DNA of 64,000 bases from Nitrososphaeraceae archaeon (GCA_035250975.1 DATFEP010000064.1:40226-104225), one strand, 5' to 3'; counted from the stretch's first letter, positions 1-11,352 are shown. Program-made: numbers and translations. The notes: a model not told the origin generated them from the sequence alone.

Positions 1-120
1 GTAACACTGGTATTAGGTTTAGATATTGCAAGCTCAGCGTTGATTAACAGACCCGAGGCTTTTATTCTCTCGCTGATACCAATCATAATGGTTCTAATAT
101 TATATATTAAAAGAAAATGA
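1..120 (+). CDS. 3' end of a membrane protein (truncated by window start)
   Basis: Frame 1 open from base 1: VTLVLGLDIASSALINRPEAFILSLIPIIMVLILYIKRK-stop, a hydrophobic helix with a basic tail. Confidence 0.5.
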   Translation, partial: VTLVLGLDIASSALINRPEAFILSLIPIIMVLILYIKRK

Positions 121-320
121 TATATTAATAACAAACATATAGAAAAAATATTTTTTTTAACGTCGTCGATTCCAAATATGATTTATGTAGGTAGGATTTG
201 CAAGAGTGATATTATAATAATTACTAATATGAATAATAAAAAACCTTTACATAATAAAGATTTTATAATAAGAAAAATATGATACTATAAATACACTATA
301 TAATATAACAATTTAAAGAA

Positions 321-2105
321 ATGAAAACAAATATTGAATTATCTAAATTATTTCGTAAAATAGCTTATTTAATGCAAGTAGATCATGATACCGGAAAAGA
401 TCCAAATGCAAAGTTTAAAATCAGAGCATATCTCAGAGCGGCAGAAACAATTGAAAATTTATCTATAGATTTGGAAGAAATATACCAAAAAAATGCTATT
501 AAGGGATTAGTAAGCATCCCTTCTATAGGAAAGGCAATCGCTTTAAAAATAGAAGAATACATTAAAAATGGAAAAATTCAGTTTTTTGAAGAATTAACAA
601 CAAGAATTCCCATAAATATAGATGAATTCTATGATCTAGAAGGAATTGGCATAGGTCCAAAAACCGTGAAAACGCTTTACGAGAATTTGAATGTCAGAAC
701 ATTAGAAGATTTGGAGCATTATGCCAAATATGGAGAATTGAGAAAAGTAAAGGGCTTTTCTATTAAAAAGGAAGAATCAATTTTGAAAAAAATTAAATCA
801 CTAAAAAACGTTAACAAAAAGAGATACCTTCTTGGAGATATTTATCCCATTGCAAAAACTATAGAGAATCTCCTGAAGAAATGTAAAGATGTAAAAAAAG
901 TAGCAATTACAGGTTCATTTAGAAGAATGAAAGAAACTATAGGTGATATCGATTTTCTAGTAGAATCTGATAATCCTGATCATGTTATTGAATATTTTAT
1001 CTCTCTGCCACAAATGGAGCAAATAATCGCAAAAGGTGAAACGAAGGTATTTGGAAGACTGGTTAACGGGATCGATACCGACCTATTGGTGGTGCAAAAG
1101 AACAGTTTTGGATCTGCATTGCAATATTTTACTGGAAATAAAGAACATAACATAGAGTTAAGAAAAATTGCACTAACAAAAAAAAATAGACTTAATGAAT
1201 GGGGTCTTTTTAAAAGTAATGGAGAAAAAATAGCAGGTACAAATGAAGAAGAAATTTACAATAATCTGGGACTTACTTGGATTCCCCCAGAATTGAGAGA
1301 AAACCATGGAGAGATCGAAATTTCCTCTGAATATTTCTCCAGAAATGAATTCATCTCGAATCTGGTAGAATACGGATCTCTAAAAGGCGATTTACAAGTT
1401 CATACAAAATCATCTGATGGTACAAAATCTATAGAAGAGATGAGCGCTTCAGCCAGAGATGAATTTGGATTAAACTACATAGCAATTACAGACCACACTA
1501 AGAGCTTAAAGATAGCGAATGGATTAGATGAAAATAGATTAATAAATCAAATAGAAGAGATAAATGAAATTAATGATAATTTAAAAGAAAAAAATTCAAA
1601 CAATAGTTTTAAAATTCTTTCATCTACTGAAGTAGAAATATTAAAGGATGGATCATTAGACATGAAAAACAGCATCCTAGAAAACTTAGATATAGTAGGT
1701 GCATCGATTCATTCTAATTTTCGCCTTCCCTCCGAAGATCAAACAAAGAGAGTAATTGCTGCATTAAAAAATCCTCATGTAGACATATTATTCCATCCAA
1801 CTGGTCGTATAATCAATAAGAGAGAGGGGTATGATATTGACATAGATAAAGTGATAGAAGTTGCTAAAGATACAAAAACTGTTCTTGAGATTAACGCCCA
1901 CTATAATAGACTTGATTTAAAGGATGAATACGTTAGAAAGGCTATCAATAATAATGTTAAACTTGCCATTAATTCAGATGCACATCATCCACTTCATTTT
2001 TCTTTTTTAGTCTTCGGAATCGGTCAGGCAAGGAGAGGATGGGCAAAGCAATCTGACATAATTAATACATTACCAGTAAATGAAATGCTTCGAAATTTAA
2101 AATGA
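321..2105 (+). CDS. polX: DNA polymerase X family / PHP exonuclease fusion
   Basis: HhH motifs (SIGKAIA, GIGPKT), GSFRR..GDID catalytic motif, YFTG, C-terminal PHP motifs (HTKSSDG, TDH, FHP, SDAH). Confidence 0.93.
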   Translation: MKTNIELSKLFRKIAYLMQVDHDTGKDPNAKFKIRAYLRAAETIENLSIDLEEIYQKNAIKGLVSIPSIGKAIALKIEEYIKNGKIQFFEELTTRIPINIDEFYDLEGIGIGPKTVKTLYENLNVRTLEDLEHYAKYGELRKVKGFSIKKEESILKKIKSLKNVNKKRYLLGDIYPIAKTIENLLKKCKDVKKVAITGSFRRMKETIGDIDFLVESDNPDHVIEYFISLPQMEQIIAKGETKVFGRLVNGIDTDLLVVQKNSFGSALQYFTGNKEHNIELRKIALTKKNRLNEWGLFKSNGEKIAGTNEEEIYNNLGLTWIPPELRENHGEIEISSEYFSRNEFISNLVEYGSLKGDLQVHTKSSDGTKSIEEMSASARDEFGLNYIAITDHTKSLKIANGLDENRLINQIEEINEINDNLKEKNSNNSFKILSSTEVEILKDGSLDMKNSILENLDIVGASIHSNFRLPSEDQTKRVIAALKNPHVDILFHPTGRIINKREGYDIDIDKVIEVAKDTKTVLEINAHYNRLDLKDEYVRKAINNNVKLAINSDAHHPLHFSFLVFGIGQARRGWAKQSDIINTLPVNEMLRNLK

Positions 2106-2345
2106 AAAATATGGATTTTTATTTTAAAATTTCTTATTAATAAAAATTAGATAGATATAGAATTTTAAAAAATATAAATACATATCTTGTGCGAGTATTC
2201 TCAATTTTGTATCAAAGAATAATTCATTAAGAAAAAAAATTCTTGAAAATATTGATTTTATTGACTATTAAAAAGAAAGAAAGAAAGAAATAAAAACAAT
2301 CTTAAAGTATTTAAATACAAATTACAATATTAACGAATATAATAA

Positions 2346-2822
2346 ATGACAGAGGATAAAGAGACTATAGGAACCATTTTAGTTCCGCATGATGGAACAG
2401 AGATGTCTGATAAGGCCCTCAAGAAAGCAGAATTACTCTCAAGAGCTTCAGGTTCTCAAATTATCGTTATACATGTTATTGATGACAGATTTATAGCTTC
2501 TAGCGATGCAGTGAGATTTATCAAGGATAAGACGTCATTAGAAAATGCAAAGGTACAATTAATAAAAAGTTTAAGAGAAGGCGCTGAATACATGTTGAAA
2601 AATAAAATTGACTATTTCAAGGAAAGAAATACAACGATAACATCTGTTTTGACCGTTGGCTCACCAGCTGATCAAATTCTACAGACGGCAAAGGAAAAAA
2701 ATGTAGGTCTAATTATCATTGGTAGTAGAAGATTTGAAGGAAATGAGAAGGTAAAATTGTTAGGTAGTGTTGCACGAAAAGTATCCGAGTTATCTTCATG
2801 TCCTGTATTAATAGTTCATTAA
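2346..2822 (+). CDS. Universal stress protein (UspA family)
   Basis: ILVPHDG...A N-terminus; IIIGSR...LLGSVARKV...CPVLIV C-terminal USP motif. Confidence 0.92.
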   Translation: MTEDKETIGTILVPHDGTEMSDKALKKAELLSRASGSQIIVIHVIDDRFIASSDAVRFIKDKTSLENAKVQLIKSLREGAEYMLKNKIDYFKERNTTITSVLTVGSPADQILQTAKEKNVGLIIIGSRRFEGNEKVKLLGSVARKVSELSSCPVLIVH

Positions 2823-2922
2823 AAATTTTGAGGCTAGGAACATAAATATTATCTATTTTATTGACCTAAATTTGTTTTTTTAACCAATTAAAAAGAACAT
2901 TATGTTGACTATTCGAAATTCA

Positions 2923-4323
2923 TTATACAGATTTTGAAAGATTAGATGCTACAATATTCATTGGCTCCCACACTGGTGAAATTGGTGGCACATAACAGGC
3001 ATCATAACTCGAAAGATCGTTAATAGTGGCTTTTTTTAATAAAGCTAATGCAACGACATCTATCCTTCCCTTTACTCCTTCGCCGCCTATAATTTGAGCT
3101 CCTAAAATTTGTTCAGTCTTTTTATCGGCTACAATTTTAATCGAAATTGATTTACTATCAGGATAATATCCAGCTTTAGTAATACTGTTTATAGATGTTT
3201 CAACTGGATCAAAACCATTATTTCTAGCTTCTTCTGTACTAAGACCTGTTTTTCCTATAAATAAACCAAATGTCTTTGTGATAGCACTGCCTGCAATTCC
3301 CCGAAAAATTGCCTTACCGCCTGCAGAGTTCTCTCCAGCTACTCGTCCCTGTTTGTTAGCAGTAGTCCCCAAGGGAAGATAAGTATCCTTACCAGTAACA
3401 TAATTTTCTGCTGTAGCACAGTCCCCCGCTGCAAAAATATTTGAAATGTTGGTTTGCATGTATCTATCAACCTTTATAGCTTTATTAATTCCGAGTTTTA
3501 TTCCAGCATCTGAAGCTATCTCACTATTTGGTTTAACACCGGTCCCAAAAACCAAAAAATCAGATAAGATGGTTTTGCCTTTATTTGTTACAACCCCGTG
3601 AAAATTTTGATTGCCTAAAATTTTTTCCACTCTTTCTCCTAGTATTAATTTTATTCCATTATTTTCCAATTCCTGTTTAACAATATATGACATGTCTGTG
3701 TCTATTATTTTAGGCAATATTGAATTACCCGATCCAACAAGTGTTACTTCCAAACCTTGTTTTTTAAATGATTCAACTATTTCAACACCTATTAGACCAG
3801 CTCCGACTACTAAACATGAATCTGGACGGTTATTTTCTAAAAATCTTTTTATCGCTATCCCATCATTCAAAGTTCGTAACGTAAAGATTCCGCTATTGAT
3901 GTTTTGTATCCCTTGCAATGATGGTATAGTAGCACTGGCCCCTGTTGCGATAACGAGAGAATCATAAGCTATTATTTTATTATCTTCTATATTTTTAGAT
4001 ACATAATCTCTAACAATTATTTGCTTTTTAGACGGTAATATTTTCAATGCTGACGTGTTTAGCAAAATATTGATACCATATTTACTTTGGAATTCTTGAG
4101 CTGGTCTAGCAATCAGTTCTGAAAAATCATCGATTATTCCTTCCAGAACGTAAGGAAGTCCACAGGAACCATAAGACACAATTGGTTCTTGTTGTATTAT
4201 TGTAATATTGGCATCAGGATTAATCCTTTTTGCTTTTGATGCTGCACTAGTTCCTGCGGCAACACCACCTATAATGACTATATCTTTTGGTTTCTTATTT
4301 CCAATACCAGAAAATTTGGTCAT
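2923..4323 (-). CDS. CoA-disulfide reductase / NADH oxidase family flavoprotein
   Basis: IIGGVAAG FAD motif, SYGSCGLPY single redox Cys, VGAGLIG NAD motif, AAGDC, YVPP dimerisation motif. Confidence 0.88.
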   Translation of the reverse strand: MTKFSGIGNKKPKDIVIIGGVAAGTSAASKAKRINPDANITIIQQEPIVSYGSCGLPYVLEGIIDDFSELIARPAQEFQSKYGINILLNTSALKILPSKKQIIVRDYVSKNIEDNKIIAYDSLVIATGASATIPSLQGIQNINSGIFTLRTLNDGIAIKRFLENNRPDSCLVVGAGLIGVEIVESFKKQGLEVTLVGSGNSILPKIIDTDMSYIVKQELENNGIKLILGERVEKILGNQNFHGVVTNKGKTILSDFLVFGTGVKPNSEIASDAGIKLGINKAIKVDRYMQTNISNIFAAGDCATAENYVTGKDTYLPLGTTANKQGRVAGENSAGGKAIFRGIAGSAITKTFGLFIGKTGLSTEEARNNGFDPVETSINSITKAGYYPDSKSISIKIVADKKTEQILGAQIIGGEGVKGRIDVVALALLKKATINDLSSYDACYVPPISPVWEPMNIVASNLSKSV

Positions 4324-4812
4324 AAGGGCATTAATATTTTAACATATTAAAGAATAGATCTATCGCATAATTCAAAGGTAATCAAAATATCAAAAGAATT
4401 AAACTATTAATGAAAGTTTTATAAATTTAATAGTATTATTTTCTTGAACCAAGTTCCTGTATCTAAAACTTTACACAGTTACTAATATGCCTTAGCTCTT
4501 ATGCATTAGTTCTAACATATGGTTTTGAATAACTTGAGTATTTTTTTAAAAAGGGGATATAGTATTTGATATCAAATAGGGACCATAGGTACATCAATTA
4601 ACTAAATTAATTTAGTTAGATATGTAAATGATCAATCTAAAAAATTGTTTGAAACACTTATAGAGTAAAGATTCTTTATATCTTAAAAGATACCTAGATG
4701 TCAACACATTAAATGATAAAATATCTAATTATTAAGTGATATCAAATAAATGATTTGTATTTTCAAATAAATCAGAATCATCCTATTGACAAAAAGGAAA
4801 AACGTTACGTTA

Positions 4813-5373
4813 CTACAGATTTTCTAGTAACATATATCTTGACATGGCCATTAAGACAGGATCCTTTGGTTCTTTTTCGCACATTTTTCTTCCAATGTCT
4901 CCAGAGGTAACTATACCATATAATGTATTATCCCTTACTACAGGAAGTCTTCTAATGCGATATTTTGTCATTATCCTTGCAATTTGATCCATGTACGTCT
5001 CGGGAGCTATCGTAATTAATGGTTGTGACATTACTTCCTGTGCGCTCGTAGTTTTAGGATCTTTATTTTTACTCACTACCCTTCTGACTATATCTCTTTC
5101 TGTGATTATTCCTACAGGACGATCTTTTTCTGTTATTATTATACAACCAACGTTCTTTAGAGTCATTTTTTGAGTGATATCATAAATATTGTTTGTTACC
5201 TCTGCAGTTTCTAGTGGAATTGATGTCATTACCGACTCGATAGCAACTTTGTTATAGTTATTGCTCATATGTCGTTTAAAAAAAATTATCGCTTTTATGT
5301 AATTGGTGTGCAATGCATTACAGAGTACTATGGTAAAAATAGTAAAGAGGATAGACATTTTAGCATAATACAA
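4813..5373 (-). CDS. Stand-alone CBS-pair protein (true start probably at MSNNYN, ~5268)
   Basis: GIITERDIVRRV and IRRLPVV..LYGIVT CBS signatures. Confidence 0.88.
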   Translation of the reverse strand: MYYAKMSILFTIFTIVLCNALHTNYIKAIIFFKRHMSNNYNKVAIESVMTSIPLETAEVTNNIYDITQKMTLKNVGCIIITEKDRPVGIITERDIVRRVVSKNKDPKTTSAQEVMSQPLITIAPETYMDQIARIMTKYRIRRLPVVRDNTLYGIVTSGDIGRKMCEKEPKDPVLMAMSRYMLLENL

Positions 5374-5476
5374 TATTCCTAGACATCCTCAAAGCTGAAT
5401 AATATTATCTTCTGTTATCCTATACATATTACTAGTTCTAAAAAAGTTAAATCCTGGAACTGACATTTTACGATAG

Positions 5477-6751
5477 TTGTTTTCACGCAGATTCCGTAAT
5501 CTGGGACCTGGGATTATTACAGGTGCTGCAGATGATGATCCATCTGGAATAGCAACTTATTCCCAAGCAGGAGCTCAATTTGGACTTGGTTTAGCTTGGA
5601 CTCCTATTTTCTTCCTTCCATTGTTATTTGCCATCCAGGAAATATGTGCTAGGATAGGTTTGGTTTCCGGTACTGGTATTATTTCATTAATGAAAAAAAA
5701 GTATCCTAAAAAACTGATTTATCCATTAATATCTTTGCTAGCTATCGCAAATACCATTAATCTAGGTGCAGATTTAAATGCTATAGGAGCTTCGGCAAAT
5801 CTCATCATACCCGGGATTCCCATATTTTTCTATACTTTATTTTTTACGTTGTTTATTTTGATTACTGAAATTTTTGTTTCCTATATACGGTATGTTAGAA
5901 TTCTAAAGTATCTTACATTATCTTTACTATGTTATTTTATAACAGCTATTATTGTTGGAGGTAATTGGAATCAAATCTTTCTGTCTACCATTACTCCCAA
6001 TATCGAATTTAATAAAGAATTCATAATGATGTTTGTGGCATTATGCGGGACAACTTTATCTCCATATCTTTTCTTTTGGCAAACCTCTGAAGAAGCAGAA
6101 GAAGATGTAGTCCATAAAAAAATAAAAGAAATAGGCAAAGGAAAACCAAAAATTTCCAAGCAAGATATCAAAGCAATGAGAAAGGATATCTTTGTGGGAA
6201 TGGCATTTTCAGTTTTTATTATGTGGTCAATTATAGTTACTGCTGCAGGTAGTCTTAACCTTCATGGGATAACAAATATTCAAACTGCGGATCAAGCAGC
6301 ACAGGCGTTAGAACCCCTAGTCCAAACGTTTCCTAATTCCGGGTTTATTGCGAAAATCATATTTGCAATAGGAATAATCGGGACTGGATTATTAGCTATA
6401 CCTGTTTTAGCAAGTTCCACGGCGTATGCTTTTTCGGATACATTTGGGTGGACAGAAGGATTAAGTAAGAAGTTTAAGCAAGCAAAATCATTCTATCTTA
6501 CCATTGTAATTTCTACAATTATTGGCTTGTTTTTTAATTTCAGTGGAATTGAGCCAATAAAAGCATTAATATATGCTGCTATAATAAATGGAGTAATTTC
6601 TATTCCTATACTAGTCATCATAATGAAAATTTCAAATGATAAAAAATTACTTGGTCAAAATGTAAATGGAAAAATTTCTAATACTATTGGTGTCTTAACA
6701 ATGGTTATAATGACAATTCCAGTTATTTTTATGATATTAACATCAATTTAA
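5477..6751 (+). CDS. NRAMP/MntH-like divalent metal transporter
   Basis: GPGIITGAADDDPSGIATYSQAGA and GTTLSPYLFFWQ motifs; about 11 TM segments. Confidence 0.88.
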   Translation: MFSRRFRNLGPGIITGAADDDPSGIATYSQAGAQFGLGLAWTPIFFLPLLFAIQEICARIGLVSGTGIISLMKKKYPKKLIYPLISLLAIANTINLGADLNAIGASANLIIPGIPIFFYTLFFTLFILITEIFVSYIRYVRILKYLTLSLLCYFITAIIVGGNWNQIFLSTITPNIEFNKEFIMMFVALCGTTLSPYLFFWQTSEEAEEDVVHKKIKEIGKGKPKISKQDIKAMRKDIFVGMAFSVFIMWSIIVTAAGSLNLHGITNIQTADQAAQALEPLVQTFPNSGFIAKIIFAIGIIGTGLLAIPVLASSTAYAFSDTFGWTEGLSKKFKQAKSFYLTIVISTIIGLFFNFSGIEPIKALIYAAIINGVISIPILVIIMKISNDKKLLGQNVNGKISNTIGVLTMVIMTIPVIFMILTSI

Positions 6752-6914
6752 TTTTCTTCTGAAATTTCTTTCATTGTCTTCAAATCATCTAGTTATATGG
6801 ATTGGATTATTTGTTTATAACAAGAATAACGGTAGTGATTCGAATTTCATATTAACAGTAAATTATCAAATATATCTATTTTTGTAATAGTAAACAAATT
6901 ATTTATAAAAAAAA

Positions 6915-7769
6915 TTAGGAAATGACTTTTACTGTAAATTCATCGAATATTTCTTGTTCTGGAACTTTGCTACCTATAGCATTTATTTCCGCCCTTAATG
7001 TGTAATCACCATCAGGTAGCGGAGTAATGATGTGGTACGCTCCAGTTATAGGGTCAGTAAAGTCGGGCCCATATAAACTGGTCTGGTTGCCTTCAGAAGA
7101 TACTAGTTCTATTTGAAAAACACTACCAAGCGAGAAGAATGATTTCGAAAATACTGGTGTGTCATCTTTGAATATAGAAATTTCATAAGTTAATGGAGTA
7201 GTGTCATCTACCTTCACTGTAGTGGGTTCAAAGTTAATCAATACACGATCATTTTTGGATTTATCAAATTCCCATGTAAACTGCGTATCATTTGATTTCA
7301 AACCCATGCCTGCACTAACCTTAAAGTCAAATCCAAGTTCGGATGCAGGACTCACATACACAGTCCCCTTGAGTGAAGGATTAACGGTGTCATGATATTC
7401 ATAGAGACCCGCCTTATCAAAGGTATGTAAGAAGAAAGAAGTATAAGGGATTATTCCAGAATTGAACTCTTTCCCTGAATCTGGGGACTTTGGAGAACCG
7501 CTTGTCACTGTATGTGGTTGTCCAGGATCGTCATTAAACCAAGCGATAGTTGTTCCGATTGGAATCGCTATATTTTTTGGATAATAGTTTATCGTACTAT
7601 TCTTTTGTGCTGCTCCGGCAACTATGTCTACGATGTATGTCGCCTGAACTCCTTTAGGAGATGAAATTGGCGACTCACCGAATTGACCAAGAGCTGTATT
7701 TGTTGGAATGGTAAGCAATCCGATAAATATAGGTACCACAATAAATAAGGTGCGTGTATTTTTATTCAT
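6915..7769 (-). CDS. Secreted cupredoxin-fold protein with degenerate type-1 Cu site
   Basis: Signal peptide; WFNDD..HTVTSG..FNSG..F...G.Y plastocyanin pattern, but YHDTVNPSL in place of YYCxxHPxM. Confidence 0.7.
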   Translation of the reverse strand: MNKNTRTLFIVVPIFIGLLTIPTNTALGQFGESPISSPKGVQATYIVDIVAGAAQKNSTINYYPKNIAIPIGTTIAWFNDDPGQPHTVTSGSPKSPDSGKEFNSGIIPYTSFFLHTFDKAGLYEYHDTVNPSLKGTVYVSPASELGFDFKVSAGMGLKSNDTQFTWEFDKSKNDRVLINFEPTTVKVDDTTPLTYEISIFKDDTPVFSKSFFSLGSVFQIELVSSEGNQTSLYGPDFTDPITGAYHIITPLPDGDYTLRAEINAIGSKVPEQEIFDEFTVKVIS

Positions 7770-7838
7770 TAATATAGAACAATTGCTATTATTTATTAAT
7801 GTAGATCTACGCTTTGAAATGAATTTAAATGAAATTTA

Positions 7839-8195
7839 GAGCCTATCACAAAAATTATCCTCATTCAAACAATTATACTACTTTCCAACTGTACAAGACG
7901 AAATAGTTCTCCCTTCCTTTCAGACCTCGTAAATAATTTCCTGAATTCGTTATGCTATGAATGTTCTCAATTACCCATTTTCTTGCTTCATGGTATCGCC
8001 TGCAGATTTTCTTATCTTCTGTTATACAATGCATATGTGGGACGTATCCCTTGCTGATAATTGCTTGTTCTACTTCTTTAGAATGATGTTCTTTATTAAG
8101 ATGTAGATTTTGATTTTTACTTTCTGTCTTTTGTTATTGATGATAACTGTTGTTTTAAAACAATATTACCAATTGTATCCTTTGCAACTGCTTTG
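7839..8195 (-). mobile_element. Degraded IS5-family transposase 3' fragment with probable terminal repeat
   Basis: Minus-strand translation across frameshifts: KDTIGNIVLK..QNLHLNKEHHSKEVEQAIISKGYVPH..ARKWVIE..HNEFRKLFTR..LVQLESSIIV, matching the IS5 DKGY/RWVVER/RFRKL..RYE pattern; ends at TAGAGCCTATC (7837-7847). Confidence 0.65.
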
Positions 8196-8284
8196 TTGTA
8201 CAATTATGAAAATCGATAATATGATACAAAATTGTAACAGGAATAAATTATCAAAATAATTTCATTGTATGATAGTAAATTCAA

Positions 8285-8480
8285 TTTGGAATTCACATAT
8301 CTGAGGCAATAAGCATCTTTAGCACAAAATTTTGCCTTTTTGCTAGTCGCAAAATGTGGAAAATCTATAGTTTTATATAGACAATTGGATGAGGTTGTTT
8401 AATCACCTCTACAATACATCGATTAAAGCAAAATTCCATTTAAAATAAGAGGTGAAATAGTCTGAAGTTGGCAGGTTTTA
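8285..8480 (+). pseudogene. Highly decayed IS6 transposase fragment
   Basis: FGIHISEA..AQNFAFLLVAKCGKSIV aligns by eye to LGIYISEE..AEKFIRSLVQMYGRHPV of the intact IS6 transposase at 51257-51922. Confidence 0.35.
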
Positions 8481-8540
8481 TTCTAATCAAAAATATTCAG
8501 ATCGACATTTGACGTGGTCGTTAAAAATAGAAATCTAATA

Positions 8541-11069
8541 TTACATTTTTACCCATTTATAAAAGAGCCACTTTGTTACTTCAGCCATAAGTACATACGC
8601 TAATACAATTATTCCTATACTAAGATAGAAAGTTAAAGGGATAACAACAAATCCAAATATTGAACCAACAGGAGTAAGAGGAATAGCAAGAACAAAAATA
8701 TTAACTATTAAAGTTGTAATTAACAAAAATTTTCCAGGAGTACTTTTCATTAATGGTTTTTTACTTCTGATAATTAAAACTACAAGTGAAGCCGAAATAA
8801 CGGATTCCATAAACCATGTAGTTCTAAATTGTTCTATGTTTGCGTGTAAAATATTTAGTAGTACAATAAAGGTCAGAAAATCAAAAAGAGTACTTAAAAA
8901 ACCAAATACCAGCATGAATTTACGAATAAATTTAAGATCCCAATGCCTGGGAACTTCTAATATTTCCTTGTCTACATTATCTGTCGATATTGTCATTTCT
9001 GGAAAGTCTGTCATCAAGTTGGTAAGAAGTATCTGTTTTGGCAAAAGTGGAAGGAATGTCAGAAATAACGATACACCAGCCATACTAAACATATTTCCAA
9101 AATTAGCACTTGTTGCCATGAAAACATACTTCATTGTATTTGCAAAGGTTCTACGTCCTTCCATTATCCCATCTATGAGAACGCTAATATCTTTTTCAAG
9201 CAAAACAATATCTGCTGTCTCTTTAAGAACGTCTGTGGATTTATCAACAGAGATTCCTACGTCTGCTGAATGAATCGCTGCTGCATCATTTACTCCATCG
9301 CCTAGATAACCTACTATATTTCCAGATTTCCTTAATGCCAAGATTATTTGTTCCTTTTGAGCAGGTTCAATTTCTGCGAAGATGTTCACTTTTCTCACTT
9401 TTCTTGTTAGTGACTCGGGCGTCATATGAGAGATCTCTGAGCCTGTCAAGATTTCAGATTTGGATATTAGACCGATCTGTTTACCTAAGTGAGATGTGAC
9501 ATAAAGATTGTCTCCACTAATTATTTTGAGTGAAACTTTTAATTTTTTAAGTTTTTTTATAGATTCTACTATCCCTGGTTTTATTGGATCAAAAAATACT
9601 AGAAATCCCAAAAAAATCATGTCTCTTTCATAATCTTTGTTGATTATTGAAATATCCACATCATTACGATATGCTAGACCAAGTATTCGAAGACCTTGTA
9701 AACTTAACTCCTCAAATTGTTTTTGCAATGAGTCTTTAAGAACAGCTAATTCTATTATTTTTTCACCAGTCACTTCTGCTTTAGAACATATATCGAGAAT
9801 ATTTTTTACAGCACCTTTTGTTATCATTATATTCTCGTTATTTTTGTAAGATACCAAAACACTTATTCGCTTACGAACAAAGTCATAAGGAATCTCATCT
9901 AACTTCTTATATGCGGATAAATCGAATTGTTTGGAACTTCTTATTGCATCATCAATTGGATTAATAAAACCACTTTCAAACGTCGAATTGAGATAGGCAT
10001 AAAAAAGAACTTTGTTATTTACTCTTCCTTCTGTATCTAGAGCAAATTTAAGTTTAATATTTCCTTCGGTCAAAGTACCTGTCTTATCAGAACATAATAT
10101 GTTCATGCTTCCAAGATTTTCTATAGATGCTAATTTTTTTACAATTACCTTTTTTAAACCCATTCGTTTTGCACCATGAGACAGATTAATACTAATGATT
10201 GCAGGAAGAAGTTGTGGAGTCAGACCTATAGACAAGGCAAGGGCAAAAAGAAAAGAATCCAATACAGGACGTTCAAAGTACACATTAATCAAGAAAATGA
10301 ATGAAACCAAAATGATCGTAACTTCAACCAGAAGAAAACTAAATTTTCTTACCCCTTGTTCGAATTCGGTTTCAGGAGGCTTTGTTTTGATGTGTTGAGA
10401 AAGTTTACCTATTTCAGATCTTTTGCCAGTATTTACAACTACTGCTTTTACAATCCCGCTAACAATATGTGTATCCATAAAAATACAATTTGTTCTTTCA
10501 TGTAATGGTGTTTCTAGAGGTAATATTTCTTGTGACTTTTCAACTGGATAACTTTCCCCCGTAAGTGTTGACTCGTTAACAAAAAGATCTTTAGATTCAA
10601 CGATAATGCAATCTGCGGGTATCCCACTCCCTGCGTTAAGAACAACCAAATCTCCAGGTACAATTTGTCTAGTAGAGATACTTAGTTCTTTTCCATCTCG
10701 TATTACACTCGTCTTTAATTGTACCATTTCTAATAATTTTTTTATTATATTTGATGCTCTTCTTTCTTGTAAAAATGCAAGAATAGTACTTATGAATAAA
10801 ATAATGAAAATTATTATCGCATCGTTAAAATTTCCAAGAAATAATGATAAACCTGTAGCAAATATTAGTAATAAGATGATAGAATTTTTAAATTGACACA
10901 ATAACAAACGAAATGTCCCCGTCTTATTATTAGAATCAATGATATTTGGACCGTATATTTCTAGTCTAGACTGGGCCTCTCCTGAACTCAATCCATTACT
11001 ACCAGTTTGAAGGTTGTCAAAAATCTCGTTTGTTGCTAAAGACCAGAATTTGTCTTCTATTTTATGCAT
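8541..11069 (-). CDS. mgtA: Mg2+-translocating P-type ATPase (type IIIB)
   Basis: TGES, GLTPQLLP, DKTGTLT phosphorylation site, GDGVND, SANFGNMFS. Confidence 0.88.
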   Translation of the reverse strand: MHKIEDKFWSLATNEIFDNLQTGSNGLSSGEAQSRLEIYGPNIIDSNNKTGTFRLLLCQFKNSIILLLIFATGLSLFLGNFNDAIIIFIILFISTILAFLQERRASNIIKKLLEMVQLKTSVIRDGKELSISTRQIVPGDLVVLNAGSGIPADCIIVESKDLFVNESTLTGESYPVEKSQEILPLETPLHERTNCIFMDTHIVSGIVKAVVVNTGKRSEIGKLSQHIKTKPPETEFEQGVRKFSFLLVEVTIILVSFIFLINVYFERPVLDSFLFALALSIGLTPQLLPAIISINLSHGAKRMGLKKVIVKKLASIENLGSMNILCSDKTGTLTEGNIKLKFALDTEGRVNNKVLFYAYLNSTFESGFINPIDDAIRSSKQFDLSAYKKLDEIPYDFVRKRISVLVSYKNNENIMITKGAVKNILDICSKAEVTGEKIIELAVLKDSLQKQFEELSLQGLRILGLAYRNDVDISIINKDYERDMIFLGFLVFFDPIKPGIVESIKKLKKLKVSLKIISGDNLYVTSHLGKQIGLISKSEILTGSEISHMTPESLTRKVRKVNIFAEIEPAQKEQIILALRKSGNIVGYLGDGVNDAAAIHSADVGISVDKSTDVLKETADIVLLEKDISVLIDGIMEGRRTFANTMKYVFMATSANFGNMFSMAGVSLFLTFLPLLPKQILLTNLMTDFPEMTISTDNVDKEILEVPRHWDLKFIRKFMLVFGFLSTLFDFLTFIVLLNILHANIEQFRTTWFMESVISASLVVLIIRSKKPLMKSTPGKFLLITTLIVNIFVLAIPLTPVGSIFGFVVIPLTFYLSIGIIVLAYVLMAEVTKWLFYKWVKM

Positions 11070-11352
11070 TAGGTAAAGTTATGTTATAATTGATCTCTTT
11101 TAAGATAATCGATAGAGTATAACGCATCTTATAATACTTAAATCTCATAGTAGATTTCTCATAAATTATAGATGCCAATATTTTTCCATCTTATTTTGAT
11201 TTTTCAAATAACAAATATCATAAATGACATAAACATGTTATTTCTAGAATTATAAGCGATTCGAAGTAATAGCGAACTCATTATTGTTTTGAATTTATGA
11301 TTTTGATTTTATCTTTACAAAATATATATTATTATTAATTCTATTACTTGTA

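Noticed and set aside
2270-2290. (AAAG)n microsatellite
   Set aside because: Short low-complexity tract with no functional evidence
4500-4760. Possible further IS6 relic
   Set aside because: Similarity too weak to support
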